DNA of 64,000 bases from Oliverocinquevirus OLIVR5 (taxonomy: Duplodnaviria > Heunggongvirae > Uroviricota > Caudoviricetes): positions 87,074 to 151,073 of the IMG/VR virus record IMGVR_UViG_2974725113_000001. One strand, written 5' to 3'. A program made the translations under genes and the position numbers. Below are positions 36,476 through 45,210 of this stretch, piece by piece (position 1 is the first letter of the stretch; each line of letters begins with the position of its first letter). The notes under the pieces were generated by a model, which saw only the letters and a program-made list of their open reading frames with translations, made no database searches and was not told the origin of the DNA.

Positions 36476-37036
36476 TCATTTTTCATTCTCCAATGTTTGA
36501 CGGATTTCAGCCTCACTGAACAATCCGTACTTCGCCGCTGATTTGGTTGCTTTCGTTACAAAGCCGCTATCCAGGAAACCTTTCCAGACGGAGAGCTTCC
36601 GCTTTCTGAATTTCTTATCGAGTTCGAACTTCATGGTCTTGGCAATATTTCCTTCGACGATGTTGATGTCGCGAAGAGCCTTTCGACCGAACTCCATTAC
36701 GTCAGCCTTGAACTCTTTGAAATCCTTCGTCGTCCGAAGGTTGTTGCATTCGAAACAAGATATGGCATAATTCGAAGGTGCGTCCTCTCCACCTTTGGCT
36801 TTCGGGACACAGTGTTCGATCGTCGCTAGATCGTTGTTGTTCGGAGGACTTTCGAGGAACGTCAAGCACTCGCAGAAGCAGCATTTCCCTTTCTGAGCCA
36901 GATACAAAATCCTTTTGACGATCTGGAGATTGAGAGCCTTCTCGGTATACTCGTGTTCCTCTTTGAGGTAAGAGAGCTCGAGCTTCGCTATCCGTTTGGC
37001 ATGGAGAGCTAGAGTCTCTTCAATGGTCATCGTCAT
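36476..37036 (-). CDS. HNH endonuclease
   Basis: CCFCECLTF...IEHCVPKAKGGEDAPSNYAISCFECNNLR shows HNH/zinc-finger architecture (C..C...H...GG...N....C..CN). Confidence 0.55.
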   Translation of the reverse strand: MTMTIEETLALHAKRIAKLELSYLKEEHEYTEKALNLQIVKRILYLAQKGKCCFCECLTFLESPPNNNDLATIEHCVPKAKGGEDAPSNYAISCFECNNLRTTKDFKEFKADVMEFGRKALRDINIVEGNIAKTMKFELDKKFRKRKLSVWKGFLDSGFVTKATKSAAKYGLFSEAEIRQTLENEK

Positions 37037-37404
37037 TCTCCGAATACGGTGTAAAGGTCATTGATAAATGAGACTCGACCGTCGATTTCTTCATGACTTT
37101 CGTTAATGAGCATAACGAAGTTCCGGAATTTCCTGGCATCCTTTTCTTCGCTGATGCCGAAGATCGAGGCGGAATCGATGAAGAATTGGTTTGACGCCGT
37201 TGTGCTTATTCGACGATTCTCGTCTCGAGCGGTTTCGAATTCAGCTTTCTCGAGGTTGTAAGCCTTGAGCGCTTCGGCGTAAACGATGACGTCTTCAGGA
37301 GTATGATTAGCCTTAAGACTCGGTTTCGTCGGTCTCGAAATTTCCTTCAAGACCGGAGAGTATTTACCTTTGTCTACGTTGATATCGAAATAGAAAATGT
37401 TCAT
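37033..37404 (-). CDS. hypothetical protein
   Basis: 123-aa ORF with ATGA overlap to the HNH gene; AGGAG RBS. Confidence 0.4.
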   Translation of the reverse strand: MNIFYFDINVDKGKYSPVLKEISRPTKPSLKANHTPEDVIVYAEALKAYNLEKAEFETARDENRRISTTASNQFFIDSASIFGISEEKDARKFRNFVMLINESHEEIDGRVSFINDLYTVFGE

Positions 37405-37430
37405 TTTAGTCTCCTATTGAATTTGGATTT

Positions 37431-37459
37431 CTTATATTCAAGGTCTAAGTGATTGTAAA
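37431..37459 (-). promoter_or_regulatory. early-type promoter on minus strand (TTTACA-N17-TATAAG)
   Basis: Minus-strand sequence TTTACAATCACTTAGACCTTGAATATAAG, upstream of the gene starting at 37404. Confidence 0.45.
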
Positions 37460-37480
37460 TAGAAAAGTGCCATCTCCTCT

Positions 37481-37488
37481 TAAAATAG
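37481..37488 (+). promoter_or_regulatory. late-promoter-like motif TAAAATAG, 6 nt upstream of an ATG (leaderless candidate)
   Basis: TTAAAATAGTTCACTATG, same architecture as 21184; no Shine-Dalgarno. Confidence 0.4.
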
Positions 37489-37494
37489 TTCACT

Positions 37495-38841
37495 ATGAGC
37501 GAAATCCAGTTTTACGAGAAAAGAAAGCATGATCCTGACAAGGCTCTCAATTTCCCTGGGGAATACGAGCTTGAGTCGGCTGAGGTCGCTGGCGAAGACT
37601 TTCTTGCAAAGGTCGGCTCCATTGTGATCTTCGAAGATATGAATCTCCCGTACGTCACGGGGGAAATCAACGCGATCGACACGCAGAACATGGCCTCTCT
37701 TAAGCCTTTTATAGGCGGCGAGAAGGTAAAGTTCACAATCCGAGACTGCTACCGTCAAAAACTCGAGTTCGATTTTGTCCTGATTCGAGTTTCTGACCGT
37801 CGACCGATTTCATTGAGCTCCACTGCTTACACGATCAAATTCGCGTCGAAGTCCTACATCAATTCGAAGGCGAAGAAAATTTCGAAAGCCTACGCCAAGA
37901 TGAAAACTGAGGCGGCTTTCGCAGATGTCTGTATGAATTACATGAACATCCCGGCAGAAAAGCTTCAATGGGTCGAGACCGAAGCTCCTATCTCTTGCAT
38001 CATTCCAAACTGGCGTCCTGGCCATTCTGTCAAGTGGTTGGCGTCTCGATCAGTAGCATCTCGTGCAGAGTTCGCGAAGTCTCCATATACCGTCTTCGAA
38101 GAGAAGGATGGGAAGATGAATTTCCTTCCTCTCGATTTCCTTTATAACGAAGAGACAAACATCGAACGAGGAGAAATCCTTCTGAAGTTCGGCCGTCATA
38201 CGATGGATGACAATGCTTCTATCGCTCTTCATGAAAGGATGGGTGTCCATCAGCTTTCGATGGAGAGATTCGAGATCGTTAAGACTACCGACTTTGGTGA
38301 GAACCTCGAGCACGGCATGTATAATAATGCTGTCCAGGAAATTGATCTGTTCGCTCGTGATACGGAAATTCGAGAATACTCCTATAAGGAAGACTTCGAA
38401 GATTCGCAGCACCTGAACAAATATCCTTTCCTTCGACCGAACGGAATCGAAGCTCAGAATGATATGTCCTACTGGCAGACCGTGCCTAAGAACGACGCTC
38501 TCTTCTCTGACATGGACTCACGCGCCATGATCAACCCGTCTCTCTACTCTTTTATTTCGAAATGGCAGCAGACAGAGCAGATGGTTGTGAGAGGACTTCT
38601 TCCAGGATCGTTCGAGCTCAGAGTCGGTCAGAAGTATCGACTGAACATTCCTGCGTTCAGTTCGGCTACGGTCACCGGAGTCCAGTCAATAGATGGTTAC
38701 TTCTCTGGCAATTACATCGTCGAAGCGATCAAGCACGAATTCACACCAAACAACAAGTATTTCGCAACCGTCCAACTCTTCACGGATTCGGTCTCTCAGG
38801 AGATTAAACCTATCCTGGAAGTTGAAGGAAGAACAGGCTAA
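37495..38841 (+). CDS. 27: baseplate hub protein (T4 gp27-like)
   Basis: C-terminal NYIVEAIKHEFTPNNKYFATVQLFTD matches T4 gp27 [24 protein letters not shown]; immediately upstream of the gp5-like spike gene; 448 aa. Confidence 0.5.
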   Translation: MSEIQFYEKRKHDPDKALNFPGEYELESAEVAGEDFLAKVGSIVIFEDMNLPYVTGEINAIDTQNMASLKPFIGGEKVKFTIRDCYRQKLEFDFVLIRVSDRRPISLSSTAYTIKFASKSYINSKAKKISKAYAKMKTEAAFADVCMNYMNIPAEKLQWVETEAPISCIIPNWRPGHSVKWLASRSVASRAEFAKSPYTVFEEKDGKMNFLPLDFLYNEETNIERGEILLKFGRHTMDDNASIALHERMGVHQLSMERFEIVKTTDFGENLEHGMYNNAVQEIDLFARDTEIREYSYKEDFEDSQHLNKYPFLRPNGIEAQNDMSYWQTVPKNDALFSDMDSRAMINPSLYSFISKWQQTEQMVVRGLLPGSFELRVGQKYRLNIPAFSSATVTGVQSIDGYFSGNYIVEAIKHEFTPNNKYFATVQLFTDSVSQEIKPILEVEGRTG

Positions 38842-38843
38842 AG

Positions 38844-39758
38844 ATGATCGGAATTATTCCATCTGAGTTCGGCAAGAACTTGCAATTCTGGACTGGCATC
38901 GTTGAGGATCGAGGTGATCCTCTGCAGCAGGGCAGGGTACGCGTGAGGATTTTCGGACGTCACACTCTAGATACATCACTCATCCCTACGACTTCGCTCC
39001 CATGGGCGCAGGTCATGCAAGGAGTGACTTCTGCTGCCATCGGTGGTGTTGGTCAATCTCCAACTGGGATTATGATTGGAACACTCGTCCTTGGTTTCTT
39101 CATGGACGGAAATGACATGCAGCAGCCTTGCGTACTCGGGACTCTTGGCCCTATTGAAGGCGTCACGTCTGCAAACGGATCAGAAGGAAACGGCGTAGTG
39201 AACTCCGGCGGCATCGAAGATTCGAATCACAATCTACCTGGAAACGTGAAGTTCTCCGAGTCCGAACCTCCGTGGCTTTCTATTGCCCGCGGAGAGATTG
39301 GTCAAAAGGAATTCTCTGGTCCTTCAGACAATCCTCGGATTCTCGAGTATCACAAGACCGTAGGCATCTCCGGAAGCGAGACGATCCCTTGGTGTTCGTC
39401 TTTCGTGGCATGGTGCCTGAAGAAGTCTGGTCAGTCTATCCAGGGAGCTAATGCCATGGCTCGTTCATGGGAGAAGGCTCAGTGCATGGAGAAACTCGAT
39501 ACGCCTATTCGTGGATGTATCGCTGTATTCTCTCGTCCTCCGAATCCTAACTCTGGCCACGTCGGTTTCGTCGATGCTATCCAAGGTGGTTCCATCGTCA
39601 TGGTCCACGGAAATACGCAGGACTCTGTCGCTCGATCCGGTAAAAGTGCCCAAAGACTCGTTGGTTTCTTTTGGCCACGCGGATATCCGAAGGAAGCGTA
39701 TGCCATTAAGGAAGACACCGGCCCTGCGGCACCTGCGGCAAGCGATCGCGAGTCTTGA
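38844..39758 (+). CDS. baseplate central spike (gp5-like N-terminal OB domain) fused to a CHAP peptidoglycan-hydrolase domain
   Basis: N-terminus FWTGIVEDRGDPLQQGRVRVRIFGRHT...LPWAQVMQGVTSAAIGGVGQSP matches the gp5 N-terminal OB fold; C-terminus has Cys and His motifs (CSSFVAWCL, GHVGFVD) typical of CHAP amidase/peptidase; 304 aa, with no beta-helix region. Confidence 0.55.
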   Translation: MIGIIPSEFGKNLQFWTGIVEDRGDPLQQGRVRVRIFGRHTLDTSLIPTTSLPWAQVMQGVTSAAIGGVGQSPTGIMIGTLVLGFFMDGNDMQQPCVLGTLGPIEGVTSANGSEGNGVVNSGGIEDSNHNLPGNVKFSESEPPWLSIARGEIGQKEFSGPSDNPRILEYHKTVGISGSETIPWCSSFVAWCLKKSGQSIQGANAMARSWEKAQCMEKLDTPIRGCIAVFSRPPNPNSGHVGFVDAIQGGSIVMVHGNTQDSVARSGKSAQRLVGFFWPRGYPKEAYAIKEDTGPAAPAASDRES

Positions 39759-39807
39759 TCAAAATAGATAAACAGACATAGACGTCTGGCTATCAAGGAA
39801 TAGGACA

Positions 39808-40116
39808 ATGACAAAGCATGTTACAAAGAACCTCATAAAGAAAACAACGTTCTTCCAGGACTTTATCCAGGACGTGGAAATTGGCACGATTGAAGACATC
39901 GAAGATATCTCGGTGTCTGCATATGATCAATTCGATTTCGAGAATTTCCTCGAGTTCGTAGAGTTCATCAAGAAGGACGAAAAGACTATCACGATCAAGG
40001 TTCCGGTAGAACACGTGAAACGATTCGAGCGAGGCCAGATGATTATCGTGGTCATTGCCCTTCAAAATGGTGAGGTCACTAATCCCGCAAACCTTTGCGT
40101 CGAGATATCTAGATGA
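39808..40116 (+). CDS. hypothetical protein
   Basis: 102-aa acidic ORF. Confidence 0.35.
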   Translation: MTKHVTKNLIKKTTFFQDFIQDVEIGTIEDIEDISVSAYDQFDFENFLEFVEFIKKDEKTITIKVPVEHVKRFERGQMIIVVIALQNGEVTNPANLCVEISR

Positions 40117-40811
40117 GGTACTCGAAAGGCGTCGATCCGTCTAAGGAATTTTGTGTCTATCTAATCGTGAATTCTTCTGAAATTTTGGCGCCTTTCTATA
40201 TCGGACAGACTTCGACTTCGAAATTCCTAGGAGATTATTTCGGTTCTGTGGCGTCGAGGAAGTGGCGGAAACTCTACAATGAAGAACTTTCGAAGGATTC
40301 CTCACGATTTAGAAAGAAAGTTCTTTATACTTTCGATTCTAAGAAAGAAGCTATTGATAAAGAGACCGAAATCTTAAAACATTTCGATGCACATAAGTCT
40401 CGTCTCTTCATCAATATGAATATCGGCGGATCGGAATTTTTCGGAGGTCCTAAAGACGAGAATGTAAGGAAACGAATTTCTGCCGCATTAAGAGGAAGGA
40501 AACTTACAAAGGAACATGTTGTTGCTGCCACTAAGCACCTAACGGGTTCTAAACGCAGCGAAGAGACTAAAAGGAAAATCTCTGAAGGAAATAAACTAGC
40601 CGTCACAGATGAACTCCGTGCTCTCCGACGTGAGATAGGAGGAAGGCCTAAGTCTGAAGAAACCCGTCTTAAGATCGCAGCTAGTCAGAAAGCCAGAATC
40701 GCTAGGAAACTCGCATCAGGAGAGATTATAGTCTCTCCAATGAAAGGAAAGAAACATTCCGAAGAGACAAAGGCGAAAATGTCTAAACCTAAACGAAGGA
40801 TTAATAAATGA
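40113..40811 (+). CDS. GIY-YIG homing endonuclease (Seg-like), paralog 2
   Basis: FCVYLIVNS...FYIGQTS (GIY-YIG); HFDAHKSRLFINMNIGG; NUMOD3-like repeats (RKRISAAL, EETKRKISEG, EETRLKIAAS, EETKAKMSKP); ATGA overlaps both neighbours. Confidence 0.65.
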   Translation: MRYSKGVDPSKEFCVYLIVNSSEILAPFYIGQTSTSKFLGDYFGSVASRKWRKLYNEELSKDSSRFRKKVLYTFDSKKEAIDKETEILKHFDAHKSRLFINMNIGGSEFFGGPKDENVRKRISAALRGRKLTKEHVVAATKHLTGSKRSEETKRKISEGNKLAVTDELRALRREIGGRPKSEETRLKIAASQKARIARKLASGEIIVSPMKGKKHSEETKAKMSKPKRRINK

Positions 40812-41563
40812 GCACGGTGAAACCCATCTCGAGAGACCAATTGATCAAGACCGTCTTGGAAAGGATGGGTCACCCTGACATTCATATTCCGGTGACTGGA
40901 CCTCAGCTCCAGCACCTTGCTCAGGAAGCGATCACGAGGTTTGTCGAATTCCACTACCAGTCTACGACGAAAGCCTACCTGGATTTCGAAATCACTGAGG
41001 AGCTGAAGGCCTCTAAGACCATCAAGATGCCTAACTTCGTTGTCGGCGTCGACACGATCCTTTCGTACAAAATCAACGACTTCCTTTATCGGACGGACGC
41101 GTACGGAGCTTCGATGTGGTCGATGCTTTCAAAGAACCATTTCGGTCAGTCAACATCTCTTTCGAAGGTCGACATTTATCTCTACGAACGAGAGCTATCT
41201 GAATGGGAAGCTATCTTCCAGACGATGCCGAAATTCGTCTTCTCGAAAACCAACCATGAGCTCGTCATCGAAGGCGGCTCGTATCGAATGAACCTCGGCT
41301 CTAAGCTCCTCGTGCGCTGTTCGATTTCGCTTGAAGACTTCGAAGGAGAGTTCTTCTCGAACTCTTGGCTTATCCGTTACATGGAAGCTCTCGTCCGCAT
41401 TAAGATGGGTGAAAACCTTTCGAACTGGTCAGACTTAGGCCTTCCTGGCGGCGTGAAGTACAACGGTCCTCAAATCCTTGACAGAGGCGAAAAGATGAAG
41501 GCTGAGCTCGAAGAAGAAATGCTCGATATGGCCTACTTCGAATCGGGGATAGTCATTGGTTAA
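40808..41563 (+). CDS. hypothetical structural protein (baseplate region)
   Basis: 251-aa ORF flanked on both sides by GIY-YIG endonuclease genes. Confidence 0.4.
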   Translation: MSTVKPISRDQLIKTVLERMGHPDIHIPVTGPQLQHLAQEAITRFVEFHYQSTTKAYLDFEITEELKASKTIKMPNFVVGVDTILSYKINDFLYRTDAYGASMWSMLSKNHFGQSTSLSKVDIYLYERELSEWEAIFQTMPKFVFSKTNHELVIEGGSYRMNLGSKLLVRCSISLEDFEGEFFSNSWLIRYMEALVRIKMGENLSNWSDLGLPGGVKYNGPQILDRGEKMKAELEEEMLDMAYFESGIVIG

Positions 41564-42161
41564 AGATTGGTGCACATACTTAATTGTGTATAACGGACGA
41601 GAGTTTCCTCCGTTTTACATAGGGTATTCTTCTAAAGTCAAAATCGAAAATGGTTACAGAGGATCAGTTTCTTCTAAAAAGTATAAGGCTCTTTGGAAGA
41701 AAGAACTTTCCTCTAATCCTCATCTTTTCAGGATTAAAATCCTGAAGTCCTTTGACACTAAGGAAGAAGCCATCAAATACGAAACCGAAATCCAGACGCA
41801 TTTTGCCGTTCATAAATCCAAACTTTTCGTGAATATGGCTATCGCCGGAGAAAAGTTCATGGGTCCTGAAATTATGGACCCTAAGGTGAAAGCGAAAATC
41901 TGCCGTTTCGGTAAGAAACATTCTGAAGAAACTAAAAGGAAAATCGGAGAAGCTCATAAAGGCCTAAAACAAAGCGAAGAGGCCAAAGCGAAGATTTCCG
42001 TTTCGAATAAAGGTAAGAAACATTCTGTAGAGACTAGGGTAAAAATGTCTAAGTCTCACACCGGATCGAAGAGGCCTCCAGATATCCGTAAAAGAATGTC
42101 GGAGAGCGCAAAATTGGCTTGGGAGAAAAGGAAAAATGGCAAACAAACTATTCTCACATAG
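41556..42161 (+). CDS. GIY-YIG homing endonuclease (Seg-like), paralog 3
   Basis: CTYLIVYNGREFPPFYIGYSS; HFAVHKSKLFVNMAIAGEKF; repeats (KHSEETKRKIGEAHKG, KHSVETRVKMSKSHTG). Confidence 0.65.
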   Translation: MVKDWCTYLIVYNGREFPPFYIGYSSKVKIENGYRGSVSSKKYKALWKKELSSNPHLFRIKILKSFDTKEEAIKYETEIQTHFAVHKSKLFVNMAIAGEKFMGPEIMDPKVKAKICRFGKKHSEETKRKIGEAHKGLKQSEEAKAKISVSNKGKKHSVETRVKMSKSHTGSKRPPDIRKRMSESAKLAWEKRKNGKQTILT

Positions 42162-42834
42162 TCTGTTCTCGAATGACGCGAAGTTCATTCAGTCGATCCA
42201 TGACCGTTTCATTTTCGACAACGGGATTGATGCTGAATATCTGCCGCGGAAAATCATGAATCGTGATCCTATCCTGAATGAGCCTCTATCGTCGGTTTTC
42301 GATGATGCCATTTCTCTGGACATGTACATTCATAATACCGAAATGTTCTTCGGTGGAAACCAGACTCTCGGCATGAACGGTTTCAGCTTCTCTTTTGGAG
42401 CTGCTTCTGTTCTCGTCTCTCGAAACGAGTTCATCGCCAAGGTGAAGATCGATTCTCCGCATGAAGGCGATCTGATTTTCCTCCATCCAAACAAGATGCT
42501 TTTCGAAATCATCAACGTGAACTCGAAGGACGCTATCATTTCGGGCGGTCGTCTGTTCACTTTCGAAATCTTCATCAAGCCTTACAGCTGGGGTGAAGGA
42601 TATGCCTCGTTCGATAATCTCAATGACGGAAACACCTCGTCTCCTGCTATTGACATCATCAAGGATATGGTCAACAAGGTCGACGAATCTAAGTGGGACG
42701 ATGGCTGTAAGGACGACCAAACATCCATGCTCGATATGAAGGAGAACCTCGGTCTCCAATCGCAGAACGCCGATTTCGAATGTGACAGCGCAGACAAGAT
42801 ACACCGCGATGTGAAGTCGTTCGGATTTAGCTAA
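42136..42834 (+). CDS. hypothetical protein (baseplate/structural region)
   Basis: 232-aa ORF overlapping the 3' end of the endonuclease gene by 26 nt. Confidence 0.4.
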   Translation: MANKLFSHSLFSNDAKFIQSIHDRFIFDNGIDAEYLPRKIMNRDPILNEPLSSVFDDAISLDMYIHNTEMFFGGNQTLGMNGFSFSFGAASVLVSRNEFIAKVKIDSPHEGDLIFLHPNKMLFEIINVNSKDAIISGGRLFTFEIFIKPYSWGEGYASFDNLNDGNTSSPAIDIIKDMVNKVDESKWDDGCKDDQTSMLDMKENLGLQSQNADFECDSADKIHRDVKSFGFS

Positions 42835-42845
42835 GGAGTAATTCA

Positions 42846-43685
42846 TTGAGAAGCGTATTCTTCTCCCACGCCCACGTGCGGACCGCCATCGGTCTATTTG
42901 GAGCAGTCTTCAATCGAATTTACATTGCTAGGTTCGATCGGACTGGCACGAAGATCGACAAGCTCTGTCACGTTCCAATTCTCTACGTTCCGAGGTCCAG
43001 GATTTTCACGAAGGACTGGATTTCGAACGAAGAGTCCAACAAGGACATCTACGAAAAATTCTATGGCGTCTATCCTCGAATCTGCTTCGAGTTTGAAGGC
43101 ATGTCATATCGTCAAGCTGTCCAGCTCCAGAAGACTGCCAAGATTCGAGTCGGAAGCCAGTTCGGATTTACACCGACGCCATACACTCTCGGATTCTCTA
43201 TGCACATCGTGGCTCGAGATCAGAACACCGCACTCCAGGTCGTAGAGCAAATCATCCCTCGCTTCAAACCGTCTATGACTATAGAATGCGATCATGAAGT
43301 TTTCGACAACATCAACAAGGACGTGAGGATCAATCTGATCGATATCTCTCTTGAGGACAATGCGACGGATTATGACGAGAAACGTATTGTCGTCTACACC
43401 TTGAACTTCGAGATGGAAATCGACTTCTACGGTTACGTCAAAGGAGCAGATATCGAAATTGCCAAGACCGGCGAATGTGGTATCGACGTCGAAATCCCGA
43501 TCATGGAACTTTGCCCTGACGACGGTGGCGGAAACGAACTCGGCGAGCAGATCGAAAAGATCATCGTCGACTATCACGACCTCAAGGTTTGGCCGAAGTT
43601 CTGGCCTACTCTCGAACGCGATATCATCACAAAAGATGGAGTGGAGACCGTTCAGGCGACACATCCTATTCCATTGGAAGACTAA
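42846..43685 (+). CDS. hypothetical protein (baseplate/structural region)
   Basis: 279-aa ORF. Confidence 0.45.
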   Translation: MRSVFFSHAHVRTAIGLFGAVFNRIYIARFDRTGTKIDKLCHVPILYVPRSRIFTKDWISNEESNKDIYEKFYGVYPRICFEFEGMSYRQAVQLQKTAKIRVGSQFGFTPTPYTLGFSMHIVARDQNTALQVVEQIIPRFKPSMTIECDHEVFDNINKDVRINLIDISLEDNATDYDEKRIVVYTLNFEMEIDFYGYVKGADIEIAKTGECGIDVEIPIMELCPDDGGGNELGEQIEKIIVDYHDLKVWPKFWPTLERDIITKDGVETVQATHPIPLED

Positions 43686-43687
43686 AT

Positions 43688-43725
43688 ATGATAATAGAGG
43701 TCAGATTCGAAAGTCTCTGGCCTCT
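43688..43725 (+). terminator. stem-loop AGAGGTCAGA...TCTCTGGCCTCTTTT
   Basis: Imperfect stem followed by a T-run, after the stop of 42846..43685. Confidence 0.4.
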
Positions 43726-43780
43726 TTTAGGGTTAAGTTTCAATGACTTGTAAAATAAATAACTCGACGTCATTTTTCGT

Positions 43781-43810
43781 ATTTACTTAAAGCCGGATTT
43801 CTCGTTATAA
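43781..43810 (+). promoter_or_regulatory. near-consensus sigma70-like promoter (TTTACT-N18-TATAAT)
   Basis: Within the roughly 400-bp intergenic region. Confidence 0.45.
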
Positions 43811-44085
43811 TTGCGATAGCACATTCCCCTACACCCTACCTTACTCTATCCGGTGGATGGAGATTATATAGGATAGTATACAAATTTAGTGTACTAACGT
43901 CTGGTCTTGAAGTCCGGTTCTAACCGCGAAGCGGCCGACGTGTCGGAAACCGAGGTTACTGGTCAAAGTTTGTATATAATTATTGACCAGTAGGCCTTTT
44001 AAGGTTCTCTTTGAAAATGGTTTGTGATATTGATAATCCATAAAGAAATCCTAAGAGGATAATGCAATGAAGAAGGTTTAATCCA

Positions 44086-44346
44086 ATGTCTGAAACTCCT
44101 AACCCGTTCAATCGTAATTTCGAAGCTGTTGCTCGACCTGATGGCAAGATCGATATCGTTCCGATTGGTCCTGATTCGATCATCTCTATCGAAGAAGCAG
44201 CAGAAGCCATCGAGATCGCCGTGGCAGAACTCATGGGCCGACTGACTGAACGGGCAAAGATTAACACCTTCCAGACGGCTACGCTTGTCGCAGTTTCCGA
44301 TCTGATCAAGGAATCGTTTGAAATCCTCGCTAATTCCAAGGAATGA
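44086..44346 (+). CDS. hypothetical protein
   Basis: 86-aa acidic ORF. Confidence 0.4.
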   Translation: MSETPNPFNRNFEAVARPDGKIDIVPIGPDSIISIEEAAEAIEIAVAELMGRLTERAKINTFQTATLVAVSDLIKESFEILANSKE

Positions 44347-44347
44347 A

Positions 44348-44746
44348 ATGTCTAAATTCGAGACGATAACTCGCGACGTTATCAGCATGGAAGACGAGAT
44401 CAAGAAGTATCTCGCTGTCACCGTGGTGTATGATCCCGAGACTGGCGATTCGGAAGGAACTTTCTCCTTCCATGAAGCGGCTCCTGAAATTGCTCGGCAT
44501 TATGCTAATGAGCAATTCTCAGAGGATTATGCTTACCTTATCGGTAGGCATTTCTCTCGCCATGTCAATAAGGATGGATTCCTTTGTGACTTCGTTTTCA
44601 TACCGTTTAACGAAAAGGACCTTGACGAATATGTCGAAGGCAAAATCAAAGACGAAGACATTCTGCGATCTATCAAGCGAATCACAGCAAGATACCGCGG
44701 GACAGGTCTGGACCGTCTTCTTCAGGTCTCTATTGGTCGTGGCTAG
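44348..44746 (+). CDS. hypothetical protein
   Basis: In-frame ATG with RBS AAGGAA; the track start is 44318. Confidence 0.4.
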   Translation: MSKFETITRDVISMEDEIKKYLAVTVVYDPETGDSEGTFSFHEAAPEIARHYANEQFSEDYAYLIGRHFSRHVNKDGFLCDFVFIPFNEKDLDEYVEGKIKDEDILRSIKRITARYRGTGLDRLLQVSIGRG

Positions 44747-44856
44747 TCTTTACTTTCTAAGTAAAGTTTTTCTAAATTGATCTACTAATTCACTCTCCTT
44801 GGTCAGGTAAAATACCAAAAGTTAAAAGGACCAAGGAGAGACAGGGATTTAGTGTC

Positions 44857-45210
44857 ATGTCGGAAGAAAATAAGAACAGTGGCCCGATTTCCAAAGAGAA
44901 GGCCGTTTCTTTCGTTTCAGCCGTTTCAATCATCGGAATGTGCTTTGCACTCTATACCGGGGTCTTCGATAGAGGAACCTCGACGGGTTCGTTCAACGAG
45001 AAGCTCATCTTCATCGAGAAACAGTTGACGAGGTCAGAAATGGTTCTGGCCGACCTTACGAAGAAACTTGAATCTAATTCAGCAGCTGACAACGAGATCA
45101 GAATCGAAGTCATCAAGCTTACAGGGATCGTCGAACAACTCAGATACGAACAAAAGGAAACGAAGAGAGAAATGGAACTCCTTCGTGGCGGCGGGAGGAT
45201 TGACCGATGA
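44857..45210 (+). CDS. membrane-anchored coiled-coil protein
   Basis: 117 aa; one TM helix (AVSFVSAVSIIGMCFALYTGVF) then heptad-like region. Confidence 0.4.
   Translation: MSEENKNSGPISKEKAVSFVSAVSIIGMCFALYTGVFDRGTSTGSFNEKLIFIEKQLTRSEMVLADLTKKLESNSAADNEIRIEVIKLTGIVEQLRYEQKETKREMELLRGGGRIDR

Noticed and set aside
43860-43995. Possible tRNA or tmRNA in the long intergenic region
   Set aside because: No GTTCRANYC T-loop with a matching 5-bp stem and no 7-bp acceptor pairing on either strand. The helices present are short and mutually exclusive.
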